Both the position numbers and the translations under genes were made by a program. 64,000 nt of DNA from a virus: IMG/VR virus record IMGVR_UViG_3300046777_002520, positions 64,001 through 128,000 of that record; one strand, given 5' to 3'. This document shows, one piece after another, positions 30,029 to 38,696 of this stretch (positions are counted from its first letter, which is position 1; each line of letters opens with the position of its first letter). The notes under the pieces are model-generated. The model was not told where the DNA came from, made no database searches, and was given only the letters and a program-made list of their open reading frames with translations.

Positions 30029-30469
30029 ATGATCACTCTTTCAGACGTTCGACAGAAATCTCAATACGACTGCGGTATTGTTGCCGTCAAGGTTCTGCTC
30101 AGAGCCTTGGGTAAGCGCTTGACTCCAGAGAACACCAAAGCTCTAGCTACCACGCCCATAGACGGCACGGACCCACGTGCCATCGAGGCTCTGCTAAGGA
30201 AACTGGGTTTACACGTACTCTCTGGAGAGATGACGTGGAACGACCTTGTTTACTTCACGCAGACAAGGCCTGTTATCTGTTTAATAACATATGCTGGCGT
30301 AGGGCATTGGGTTGTAGCTTCTGGTATAAAAGATGGAAAGATGCACTATCAGGACCCAAGTGAGGGTCCACTGTATGTGGGGAAAAAGAAATGGCATGAA
30401 ATGTGGCGCGACATAGACCGATTAGGTGCCGTCTATAGGCAATGGGGAATAACAGCTTGGCGCAACTAA
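30029..30469 (+). CDS. C39-like cysteine peptidase
   Basis: RQKSQYDCG (Gln, Cys), GHWVV (His), YQDPS (Asp). Confidence 0.8.
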   Translation: MITLSDVRQKSQYDCGIVAVKVLLRALGKRLTPENTKALATTPIDGTDPRAIEALLRKLGLHVLSGEMTWNDLVYFTQTRPVICLITYAGVGHWVVASGIKDGKMHYQDPSEGPLYVGKKKWHEMWRDIDRLGAVYRQWGITAWRN

Positions 30470-30483
30470 TGGAGGTGCCAGCG

Positions 30484-31179
30484 ATGTCAAGAAAGAAAAA
30501 CCAGAAGATAGAGTTAAGCCCACCAGTCAACAATCAGCAGATAGATAAGACTGTAAACAAGTTTAACTTCACGTTCTTCAACGAGTATCAGAAGCAGGCT
30601 TGGGAGGCTATCGAGAACAACGACATCACGTTTCTTATAGGCCCAGCAGGCTGCGGAAAAACTCAAATCGCCTCTGCCTACGCAGCCAGCAGCATTCTCA
30701 AGAAGCAGCAGAGAAAGATAATACTGACCAGGCCGTGCGTGGCCACGGAGAGTCTGGGCTTTCTGCCTGGGACTGCCGACGAGAAGATAGCCCCCTACCT
30801 GGCACCTATCCTTGACTGCATCGAGATGTGTACGGGCAAGGACGGCGTGGACAGGAAGCGCATCACGGAAGCAATCGAGTTCTCGCCCATTGCTTACCTG
30901 AGAGGCAGAACCTTCTCGCACTCTGTCACCATCTGTGACGAGTTCCAGAACTGCACCTGGGAGCAGATCAAGCTGGTCCTGACCCGTATTGGGCGCAGAA
31001 CAAAGATGATCATCACAGGAGATCCTTACCAGTCGGACATCGGCAATGACTCCGGTTTGATGCCGATGGTCAACAGATTGGAAGGCATCGAGGGCTTGGC
31101 TGTTATCCATCTTCCTCCAGCCAGCATCGTGCGACACCCCATCATCACCAAGATGCTGGAGCGCATTGAACAGCCTTAA
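30484..31179 (+). CDS. phoH: PhoH-family ATPase
   Basis: GGAGG RBS before ATG 30484; GPAGCGKT, LGFLPG, LRGRTF, DEFQN, LTRIG, GDPYQSD, IVRHP. Confidence 0.95.
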   Translation: MSRKKNQKIELSPPVNNQQIDKTVNKFNFTFFNEYQKQAWEAIENNDITFLIGPAGCGKTQIASAYAASSILKKQQRKIILTRPCVATESLGFLPGTADEKIAPYLAPILDCIEMCTGKDGVDRKRITEAIEFSPIAYLRGRTFSHSVTICDEFQNCTWEQIKLVLTRIGRRTKMIITGDPYQSDIGNDSGLMPMVNRLEGIEGLAVIHLPPASIVRHPIITKMLERIEQP

Positions 31180-31240
31180 TCGGCCTGTCTAACACGTCAT
31201 AATCTATTGCTACGCATATATCCATCTGCGTAGTCTGACC

Positions 31241-31292
31241 GCCAGCAAGCGGATACCTCCCAAAAGGAGTTATCCGCTTGCTGGCTTTTTAT
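31241..31292 (+). terminator. Rho-independent terminator
   Basis: GCCAGCAAGCGGATA / TATCCGCTTGCTGGC 15-bp stem followed by TTTTTATTT. Confidence 0.9.
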
Positions 31293-31316
31293 TTCTTTAG
31301 CCCTTAGGAGATGCTC

Positions 31317-31442
31317 ATGTGGTTAACAGCTTTTGTGGTGGTGGTTCACTGCGCCATCGGCATGTGGCTGTACTACAGCCAGCAGCAGGACGAGATCCGA
31401 AAGGAAAAGAAATGGCGCGAGCGTTACGAGTGGCGGGACTAG
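31317..31442 (+). CDS. Small N-terminally anchored membrane protein (41 aa; not in ORF track)
   Basis: AGGAG RBS; MWLTAFVVVVHCAIGMWLYY followed by a highly charged tail. Confidence 0.5.
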   Translation: MWLTAFVVVVHCAIGMWLYYSQQQDEIRKEKKWRERYEWRD

Positions 31443-31603
31443 TCGTAATTCTCATTTTGACGGGGTGTCGCACCTGCGCGCCCCGTCATTGTTTCAAGCC
31501 CTCCCCTCTCAAGGTGGAGGTTGAGGCCTCGTACAAGTACGAGGACGGAACCGTTACTGTCCGTATGGGAAGGGAGTTTACACGTGAGTTTCAGACGAGA
31601 TAG
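31412..31603 (+). CDS. Small putative lipoprotein
   Basis: AAAGGA RBS; MARALRVAGLVVILILTG-C lipobox. Confidence 0.6.
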   Translation: MARALRVAGLVVILILTGCRTCAPRHCFKPSPLKVEVEASYKYEDGTVTVRMGREFTREFQTR

Positions 31604-31931
31604 AGATGACAGGAACTGGGTCACGAGTTTTAAGAAAGAAGAGCTGGAGAAAATAGCGCAGCTGGCTCTTCATCGAGCCAAGATAGGCGAAATGAGCGAT
31701 TCAGCGCTTATAAAGTTCGTGGCTGAGATTGCCGTAGGGAAGGTTAAAAACTTCTGCTACAACCTTACAGTCCTCGGTAGAGGTGCCAAAACCGATGATG
31801 ACGAACTTATTCTCCATCTAACAGAAGGAGAAGAAGATCTTGGGTTCTTGCAGGACATGTGCAACGACATACTCGTCAAAAGGAAAGTGTGGCGAAAGGC
31901 GCTAACCGACGCTATCAACGCTAAGGAATAA
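31584..31931 (+). CDS. Hypothetical protein
   Basis: GTG start with GGGAG RBS in the frame of track ORF 31521..31931. Confidence 0.55.
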   Translation: MSFRRDRDDRNWVTSFKKEELEKIAQLALHRAKIGEMSDSALIKFVAEIAVGKVKNFCYNLTVLGRGAKTDDDELILHLTEGEEDLGFLQDMCNDILVKRKVWRKALTDAINAKE

Positions 31932-31933
31932 TT

Positions 31934-32116
31934 ATGCGCGATAACTGGCTGATTCATTTCTGTTGGACGTGGGCTATCTTTATTTGGGCAACTTTTTTTA
32001 ATCCCTTCTTGTGGACCGTGATCTTTTGGTTCTACAGGGAGGACCTGAAGTGGCTGTTTAGAGGAGATGGTAAGGGGTGCAAAGCCAGCACCCCTAACCA
32101 CAACTGCTGGAACTAA
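31934..32116 (+). CDS. Small Trp/Phe-rich membrane protein
   Basis: AAGGA RBS; WLIHFCWTWAIFIWATFFNPFLWTVIFWFY. Confidence 0.55.
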   Translation: MRDNWLIHFCWTWAIFIWATFFNPFLWTVIFWFYREDLKWLFRGDGKGCKASTPNHNCWN

Positions 32117-32125
32117 GGAGATGTC

Positions 32126-32416
32126 ATGACCATTCTCGTATCTTTGTTCGAGGTTCCGCTCGGATCTTACGTGGCGACTGTCAAAGCTTTGCGGGAGGTC
32201 CAATGGATGGACCTCAAAAAAGCAGCGGGCATGGTGCGTCCCGCAGTTCCTTTTGCAGAGAACAAATTCGAGACCACGGTCTCGAATTTCATTCTCAGCG
32301 CTGAAAACTTCAGCAGCGCGTTGGGTTTTTTCTCCGAGCTTTGCAAGCTCGGCGTCCACTGCGAGGTGGACGGGGAAACCTTTAAGCTCGTTAACCGGTC
32401 TACCGTGCCGGTGTAG
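32126..32416 (+). CDS. Protein with ribosomal bL12 C-terminal-like segment
   Basis: VATVKALREVQWMDLKKAAGMV resembles VAVIKAVR...GLKEAKDLV of bL12; AAGGAG RBS. Confidence 0.4.
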   Translation: MTILVSLFEVPLGSYVATVKALREVQWMDLKKAAGMVRPAVPFAENKFETTVSNFILSAENFSSALGFFSELCKLGVHCEVDGETFKLVNRSTVPV

Positions 32417-32439
32417 GTGCCGTTTTTAGAAAGAGAGAT

Positions 32440-32934
32440 ATGAACGTAGACGTCGTCCCGACGGAAGTGCTTCCGTATCTAACAAGCCTACTCAGACAGC
32501 GTCCGCTTGTCAGAAAAGAGTGGGACACAGATGACTTTTACCAGGAACTGTCCCATAAGTACCTGGCAAAAGTTGCCTCTGGTCTGATAAGACATGTCGG
32601 CAAGGGCCAACAAATGTCTTTGCTCAGGATGATGGCCTTCCGTATGTGCTCTGACAAGCTTAGGCGCATCAAGCGAGACATTCGGTGCGCTCACGACAAT
32701 CTGAGGCTGAAAGTGAATGAAACTTCAAAACCGTTTATCGAACGGTTCCAAAGGCTGAAGGCGTTCCTGAAGCCGGTATATCAAGAGGTTCTTGAGCTAA
32801 AGCTTGAGGGCTTCACTTGGGACGAGATTGCAGAAAAAATGCAGCCTCGCAAAACTTCAAATGGCTGGTTTAGAGGCTTTCAGCGAAATGTTAGAGCCTT
32901 TGTTCTTAAAGAAAGGGCAACACATGGAGACTGA
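32440..32934 (+). CDS. ECF-like sigma factor
   Basis: Region-2-like DDFYQEL...MAFRMCSDKLRRIKR and region-4 HTH LKPVYQEVLELKLEGFTWDEIAEKM. Confidence 0.6.
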   Translation: MNVDVVPTEVLPYLTSLLRQRPLVRKEWDTDDFYQELSHKYLAKVASGLIRHVGKGQQMSLLRMMAFRMCSDKLRRIKRDIRCAHDNLRLKVNETSKPFIERFQRLKAFLKPVYQEVLELKLEGFTWDEIAEKMQPRKTSNGWFRGFQRNVRAFVLKERATHGD

Positions 32935-33124
32935 CAACTCTTTGGGCGAGATCCAGGAAATGATGGAGAAGCTCCTCGCCGCCGTGGACCGAGGGCAGGC
33001 CGTGTGCATTCGGCCTTCTGGCTGGATGCAGATCGGCAAGGAGATCTGGAACCTGCCTTATGCCGCGCATAAGGCAGGGTTCAAGGTTCCAGAAGGACTG
33101 CTGGGTCAAGCTGTTCTTGGGTAA
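32924..33124 (+). CDS. Small hypothetical protein
   Basis: ATG at 32924 overlaps the end of the sigma-like gene. Confidence 0.5.
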   Translation: METDNSLGEIQEMMEKLLAAVDRGQAVCIRPSGWMQIGKEIWNLPYAAHKAGFKVPEGLLGQAVLG

Positions 33125-33143
33125 CAATTCAAAGGAGAAGACC

Positions 33144-33722
33144 ATGATTACCGCAACAGTCGAAAAAGCAAAGACGACGGTTAACTTCCCTTGGTTGAAC
33201 CACCCAAGCCAGTCAGACAACCCCATTGTGGTGGCGTTGTCCGACAGGCTGGCCTGGGCCAAGACCAAGGGAGACGAGCCTCTTTGGCCTAACGGGCCAA
33301 CGGCCCAAGCCTATGTCCAGGGGTTCGTCAGAACTTCTGGAATGGGTTCCCATGTCAAGATCGCAGATCGTGACATGACCAGCCTCAACCATGTGTTGTG
33401 GCTGTTTGAGAGCTTGGGTTGGGAGGAGATCACTCCAGACGAACCAGCACCTGGGCACAAATACTACCAAGCGGTGATCAGCGTTGGCAGTATCTTCTCT
33501 GGGTACCAGTCTGCCGTGACCCTTGACAGGGTCGCGGACTTCTCGACTGTGAGGGTCCGCAAAGGTCCTCACGGATTCGAGCTGTACACGCCCGATGCTG
33601 AAGGTCGGGCCTATACCAGAGTAGTGTCTGCCATCGTTGACAAAGATGGACTAGTCACCTGGTATCCAGGTGAGATAACCCCGAAGGTTGATCTAGCGAA
33701 AGCCACGGTCAAGCTGATCTAA
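33144..33722 (+). CDS. Hypothetical protein
   Basis: AAAGGAG RBS before ATG 33144; 192 aa. Confidence 0.7.
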   Translation: MITATVEKAKTTVNFPWLNHPSQSDNPIVVALSDRLAWAKTKGDEPLWPNGPTAQAYVQGFVRTSGMGSHVKIADRDMTSLNHVLWLFESLGWEEITPDEPAPGHKYYQAVISVGSIFSGYQSAVTLDRVADFSTVRVRKGPHGFELYTPDAEGRAYTRVVSAIVDKDGLVTWYPGEITPKVDLAKATVKLI

Positions 33723-33776
33723 ACCCAAATGGGGAGTGTAGCCTAAAAGCTACACTCCCCACCCTGGGTTTTCTTT
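33721..33776. terminator. Probable bidirectional terminator between convergent genes
   Basis: GGGGAGTGTAGC / GCTACACTCCCC 12-bp stem with an outer AAACCCA/TGGGTTT stem and a T-rich tail. Confidence 0.75.
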
Positions 33777-33791
33777 TAGCTATCAGACGAA

Positions 33792-36700
33792 CTAGAACTC
33801 GCAGGCTCCACCCACACAGGCGTATGTCTGTGAACCCGTGGTCATGTCGTCGGACTCATACCGCACCAGCTTGGACCAATCGATCTCAGGCAGCGCAGCC
33901 AGTCTCTTTCGGTATTCTTCCTCGGTGATCTCCTCGTAGGGAGTACCAGTGTAAGTACCGTTATCGCGAGGCAGAAAGCTGACGCCACTAACCTCATCGA
34001 AATGCTTGTGGACCCAGAGACCAGCTTCAAACCACTCAGTCTCCTCCACATAAATTGTGGCAGACACTGAGTGCTCTGCGAAATGCTTCTTCCACACGAG
34101 CCAGTTGTCCAGCTGATCGATTGCCGTCTGATCATGGCGGGTCAAAGCTCCTTCTGGTGCCTTCCTTGGAAACTCGAAACAGACAAGCGACGGATCTTCA
34201 GGCGCAACCATCCACGGCACTCCCTGGTCCATGAGCATACGGGCAACAGGGCTGTCCTTGCGTTCACGCACACGTCGAATGAAGTACTTGCCGAACCAGG
34301 CGTGAATACCTGAACCGCAGTTGAAGAACTGCGAGCTGTCACCAGACGGTTTAACGCAGGTGTCGGCAGCGGCTCGGTTGATGCCTATCTTTTTCGCCCA
34401 CTCTTCATTCGTAGCTGCAACGACTGCCTTGAGATCTTCAAGGAGCTTCTCGCGGCCCTCGGCACCTGGACGGAGTAGAGGACAGTCCATCTGTCCTGTG
34501 ATGTCCACTCCGAGCAGTGCTTCCTCCTCACAGTTCTCGTGCCAAGTCGGGCGAATGTACTTAAAGTTCGTGCAGCTCGCCTGAAGAGTACCGAAAATAG
34601 TCGCAACACGGATCTTCTCCTTGAGGGTCTCGGGAGTGTCGTCAGGACGAGCGATGACAATCGTCAGATTGCAGAACTCATGGGGACGAAGAATGATCTC
34701 AGCGCAGTTGCCAGCAACGACACCGTTGGCGATGACATTGTGAGTCTCTGGCTGGTTCAGGCAGTACACATCAGAAATTCCTTCTTCCGCGACGCTTTTC
34801 ACAGTTGTGACGTAATCATCGTCGGAGGGCTCGATGTTGCCCATTTCCATCATGTTGTCCAGCATGGAGCCAGAAACACCGCCCATACCCACCACTTCCA
34901 TAAACCTGCCACACTGCCCCTGACTGATGGTCAGAGCGTAGCGCTCATGGTCGTTGTAGTTCTTCCGCTCGTCAATGACGGGCACGGAAGAGTCGGGCTT
35001 ACGCACGACCTTGCGCACACGGCTGACGACACCGAAGTTGGACAGCAGCATCTGGGTTTCCAGAAGCAGCCTGTGACTGGTGCTCTCCAGCACGAGGTTT
35101 ACCTCGGAGCCAGAGCCGCTGGCACGCACCACGCGACCAGCTGAGCTGAACAGCCCAGCCAGGTATCCAGCCACCATGCCACGGCAGCCCTGCATCACGG
35201 ACTCAGGCACCAGGTACTTCAGGTCCACGACGCTGTCCACGCCAGCAAAGCTCTGGATCTTGCTGTTGTACAGCGAGCCAGACGCCTTGGCCGTCTTGGT
35301 GCTCTTGAACCGCAGCTTGGCCTTGATACCACCGCTGGTGGTGCGGCTGACAAGAGCCCTCTTGCAGTCAGCAGCCATCTGCTGGTTCTGATAGCCCTCC
35401 ATGAACTTGTCGGAGTCCAGGAGAACACGGTGGCCTTCGCGCACCACCTCGCCAGAGCCAGCAGCCACGCCGAGATTCAGACCCTCACCAAAGCTGCCGT
35501 ACTGCCCGAAGAAGCCCTCGTCGGACTGCAGCATCAGCTTCATGCCAGGCTTCAGGTCCTTAAGCTGCTTGCGTCCCTTGTCGGTGGGGAACTCATGGTT
35601 CTCGGTGCAGACGATCTCCTGCCCGTGAGCCGTGGTCAGCTTGTAGACCTTGGCGTTCTGCTGCGTCATCTCAACCTGAGTCGCCATGCGCAGGCTGACG
35701 CCCATGCTCTTCGACTTCAGCGTGTCGCGCCCGTCCACGGTTACCCTGTTGATGGGCTTACCAGCCGTGTACAGATCACCGATGCGCACCAGACCCTCGT
35801 CGGTGTGAATGCGCGTGTCAGGGTGGAAGCAGGGGTTGGTGCCGAACTTGGCCTTCTTTCGGCGCTTGGGCAGCATCTTCATGACGCCCTCGCGATTGAA
35901 GATGCCACGCTCGCCAGAACCGCTCTTGGCCAGGCTCAGCCACTCTTCCATGAAGACCGTGTCGCTGGGCTTGCTGTTGAACACGGCCGAGTTGTTGGCC
36001 ATCGAGCGATAGACATGGTTCTGCCACCACGGGCCGCTCTTGGCCTCACGCATCTCGTTGCTGTTGAGGTCGGACAGCGAGATAAGCGCTGCACGGCGCA
36101 CGCCACCCACCTGCACGATCTTGCCCACCATGCAGGCCAGGTCGTGGCAGTCCAGCTCGGTGAAGTACTTGCCCTGACGCTTGAGGATCAGGTCTCTGGC
36201 AAACTTCAGCAGGTCCTTGAGGGGCTCAGGCCCACAGGACCTGCCACCTTTGGTCTTGAGCTTGGCACCAGCAGGACGAATCTTGCTGAAGTCGAACTCG
36301 ACGTCCGAGCCGTCGAACCAGGTCTCCAGCCCCAGCTTTAGGGCGTCGCACCAGCCCTCGGTGGAGTCGTCGATGACGTGGGTTGGCAGCATCGTGCCTG
36401 TCTGCCTCTTGACGCGAGGCAGATGCTCGATGTTGTCGGCCTCGACGGAGAAGCCTGCGCCTGTGCCCTGCATGAGGATGTAGAGCAGCTCGACGAACGA
36501 GAACAGGTCCTTGATGGGCAGGTAGGAGCAGTTGAAGACACCGACGTTGCAGCGATCCAGGGGAGGCCCAGCCATCTGGATGACACGCATCGCGGGGCTG
36601 GCCTTCAGGTTGTAGAGGTACTGGTACAGCTCGTCCCACTGTTCCTTGGGCACGTTCTTGAGCCTGGGCTGCTTCTTGAACCAGCCCATCACACGCTCGC

Positions 36701-37190
36701 AGACCTCCTGCCAGGTCTCACGGCGCTTGGCGTTCTCGTTCCAGCGTGCAAACTTGGTGATCAGCTGGAAGTATTGGATAGGCTCGCCAAAGTGTTTGGC
36801 ATCAGCTGATATCATGTCCTTAATATTCTGGTCAATAGGCTCCAGCTCACGAGCCTTGCGTCGCTCTTCCTTATAGAGCGTGTAGTGCGTGGCAACGCGA
36901 TCCATGTTGTCGATCCAGAACTGCTGGATCACATACTTCTGAACATCGTCCACAGGAACTGGGTTTACGTTGGTCTTAACGATAAGACTGCAGACGGCCT
37001 TTGTGACCTTGTCCACATACTTCTCTGTTTCCTCGTCCTGAGGCCAGTCTCCACCATTGATCAAAGCTCGTCGAACAGCGCTCTGAATCTTGCTGACTTT
37101 GAAGTCTTCAGACCTGCCTCCACGCTTTAAAACCTTGAATTTGGATTCGAGTTTACCGATAATGTCCTTAGCGCGAGTATTCCCACTCAT
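33792..37190 (-). CDS. nrdJ: Class II (AdoCbl-dependent) ribonucleotide reductase with N-terminal ATP cone and intein
   Basis: ATP-cone VLKRGG...F...KI; FNCSY, LMQGTGAGFS, GGVRRAALISL, GTNP|C.EI.L, TCVKPSG, C-terminal ACVGGACE. Confidence 0.92.
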   Translation of the reverse strand: MSGNTRAKDIIGKLESKFKVLKRGGRSEDFKVSKIQSAVRRALINGGDWPQDEETEKYVDKVTKAVCSLIVKTNVNPVPVDDVQKYVIQQFWIDNMDRVATHYTLYKEERRKARELEPIDQNIKDMISADAKHFGEPIQYFQLITKFARWNENAKRRETWQEVCERVMGWFKKQPRLKNVPKEQWDELYQYLYNLKASPAMRVIQMAGPPLDRCNVGVFNCSYLPIKDLFSFVELLYILMQGTGAGFSVEADNIEHLPRVKRQTGTMLPTHVIDDSTEGWCDALKLGLETWFDGSDVEFDFSKIRPAGAKLKTKGGRSCGPEPLKDLLKFARDLILKRQGKYFTELDCHDLACMVGKIVQVGGVRRAALISLSDLNSNEMREAKSGPWWQNHVYRSMANNSAVFNSKPSDTVFMEEWLSLAKSGSGERGIFNREGVMKMLPKRRKKAKFGTNPCFHPDTRIHTDEGLVRIGDLYTAGKPINRVTVDGRDTLKSKSMGVSLRMATQVEMTQQNAKVYKLTTAHGQEIVCTENHEFPTDKGRKQLKDLKPGMKLMLQSDEGFFGQYGSFGEGLNLGVAAGSGEVVREGHRVLLDSDKFMEGYQNQQMAADCKRALVSRTTSGGIKAKLRFKSTKTAKASGSLYNSKIQSFAGVDSVVDLKYLVPESVMQGCRGMVAGYLAGLFSSAGRVVRASGSGSEVNLVLESTSHRLLLETQMLLSNFGVVSRVRKVVRKPDSSVPVIDERKNYNDHERYALTISQGQCGRFMEVVGMGGVSGSMLDNMMEMGNIEPSDDDYVTTVKSVAEEGISDVYCLNQPETHNVIANGVVAGNCAEIILRPHEFCNLTIVIARPDDTPETLKEKIRVATIFGTLQASCTNFKYIRPTWHENCEEEALLGVDITGQMDCPLLRPGAEGREKLLEDLKAVVAATNEEWAKKIGINRAAADTCVKPSGDSSQFFNCGSGIHAWFGKYFIRRVRERKDSPVARMLMDQGVPWMVAPEDPSLVCFEFPRKAPEGALTRHDQTAIDQLDNWLVWKKHFAEHSVSATIYVEETEWFEAGLWVHKHFDEVSGVSFLPRDNGTYTGTPYEEITEEEYRKRLAALPEIDWSKLVRYESDDMTTGSQTYACVGGACEF
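34707..35831 (-). mobile_element. Intein (375 aa) with degenerate LAGLIDADG homing-endonuclease domain
   Basis: Starts CFHPDTRIHT after GTNP, has block B C-T-E-N-H-E-F, and ends VYCL...HNVIANGVVAGN before the +1 Cys (CAEIILRP). Confidence 0.9.
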
Positions 37191-37217
37191 CGAAGCTGTT
37201 CTCCGAACTATATGATG

Positions 37218-37277
37218 AAAAAAGTCGCACTGATGTGCGACTTAAGCGATTGTAGAGAGATGGCCCAAACAGGGCAA
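37218..37277 (-). promoter_or_regulatory. Sigma70-type promoter of nrdJ followed by a palindrome plus U-tract
   Basis: Minus strand TTGCCC (37277-72), 17-nt spacer, TACAAT (37254-49), then AAGTCGCAC-atca-GTGCGACTT-TTTT, then GGAG RBS. Confidence 0.65.
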
Positions 37278-37305
37278 ATCCAAATACAAAATTTTTGGTG
37301 ACACA

Positions 37306-37662
37306 ATGGATAATCCTTTGAATATGGGAAGTGTCATCGAGAAAGTCGCTGAAAAGCACCCAGATTTACAAACACTTCTGCTGGCCAAAGAGCTGTCAGA
37401 CAAGAAGAAATACATTCAGAAGAATGAGCTGCTTCGGCATCTGCTGCATAAGGCCCCAAATGACTTCGCTGTCTCAGAGCCTGACAACGGTGGGATAGTG
37501 GGAATTTCCCACCTGCCCACCAACTTCAGAATCCACACGCTTACCAGAAACCTGCCAGAGTCGCTCAAGCAAGCCTGCGAAGAGTTGACTGAGAAGCATC
37601 TGCTGAAGGAAGCAGCTGCCACTCGCATCGCTTACTTGATGGAAACAGAAACATGGAACTGA
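37306..37662 (+). CDS. Hypothetical protein with K-x-A motifs
   Basis: 118 aa; EKVA near the N-terminus, LKEAA near the C-terminus. Confidence 0.65.
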   Translation: MDNPLNMGSVIEKVAEKHPDLQTLLLAKELSDKKKYIQKNELLRHLLHKAPNDFAVSEPDNGGIVGISHLPTNFRIHTLTRNLPESLKQACEELTEKHLLKEAAATRIAYLMETETWN

Positions 37663-38690
37663 CTTACGCCAACCTGCCACAGCGCGTCAAGGAAGCAGCC
37701 AAAGAGCTGCTTCCAACCTATCTGGGAATTCGCAAGCACATGGATGCTTACGACAGCCCTGTGTGGATCAACGCGGACAACATCAAGGCTGCCTACCACA
37801 CAGAGTTCCACAGCACGGCTGACAAGCTGCAGCAGCTGGGCTTACCTGTAGGCCAGAGAGACACACGCCTCCCTGAAGGGAACTGGGTGTTCGTCAAGAA
37901 GGCTGACCCTGTGCTGATGTCGGATGTGTTAGGCAAGATCCCCAAGATAATGAACCTGGCTCCTAACTCGTTCAATAAGCATCTGGGCGAGTTTGGAACC
38001 AGTCCTCTGTTCAGTATGCTTACAAGCGGTTTACTGGGTGGGGGTTTAGGGTATATGGGTGGAGCTCTGGCTGAGCAGTTGCTGCCAGAGCAGTACCTTG
38101 AGCGAGGAAAGCTCCGAAAGACGTTGGGAACGCTTGGGGCTCTGGCTGGCGCAGCAGGTCCAGCCTACCTTGGCACAATCGGACACAGAAACTGGGAAGA
38201 CCCCAATCGCAGCGCCTGGAACTCGTGGATAGAGCCCAACGTCCTCTTCGGGCAGCAGAAGAAGGCCATTGATCTGGGCTTAGCCAATATCCGTAAGGTC
38301 ATGGCAAGCAGCGAGGGCTTACTGAAGGAAGCCTTTGATGATGGCATCACTGCGGGTCCAGGAATGCTGCCTATCATGCCTCATATTCCTGTCGATGCGT
38401 TCAATCGCTCGATCATGGCTGATCCCTATGCGCCTTTACCCATACAGACAGCTGCTGTGGGAGTGATAGAGGCAGCGAATCAGGCAAAAGGAAATTCTGG
38501 CCTCATTTCCCCTTTCGACATCGCTCGCATAGGTGTAGGAATGGGTGCAGGTCTGTCTCAGGCCTATATCGGGGGCAAGGTACTAGGCGCTTTGGCAGGG
38601 CTTACGCCTCAGGCACAGCAGACATTGCAGCAGGCAGGTATGTTCGCTGGAGCACTCAAGGCAGTCGTGCCAGGTTTATTCGGAAGGTAG
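37653..38690 (+). CDS. Putative virion protein with glycine-zipper hydrophobic segments
   Basis: GLLGGGLGYMGG, GTLGALAGAAG, GMGAGL...GGKVLGALAG; KEAA, KKAD, KKAI, KEAF. Confidence 0.7.
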   Translation: MELTYANLPQRVKEAAKELLPTYLGIRKHMDAYDSPVWINADNIKAAYHTEFHSTADKLQQLGLPVGQRDTRLPEGNWVFVKKADPVLMSDVLGKIPKIMNLAPNSFNKHLGEFGTSPLFSMLTSGLLGGGLGYMGGALAEQLLPEQYLERGKLRKTLGTLGALAGAAGPAYLGTIGHRNWEDPNRSAWNSWIEPNVLFGQQKKAIDLGLANIRKVMASSEGLLKEAFDDGITAGPGMLPIMPHIPVDAFNRSIMADPYAPLPIQTAAVGVIEAANQAKGNSGLISPFDIARIGVGMGAGLSQAYIGGKVLGALAGLTPQAQQTLQQAGMFAGALKAVVPGLFGR

Positions 38691-38696
38691 GCTCGA

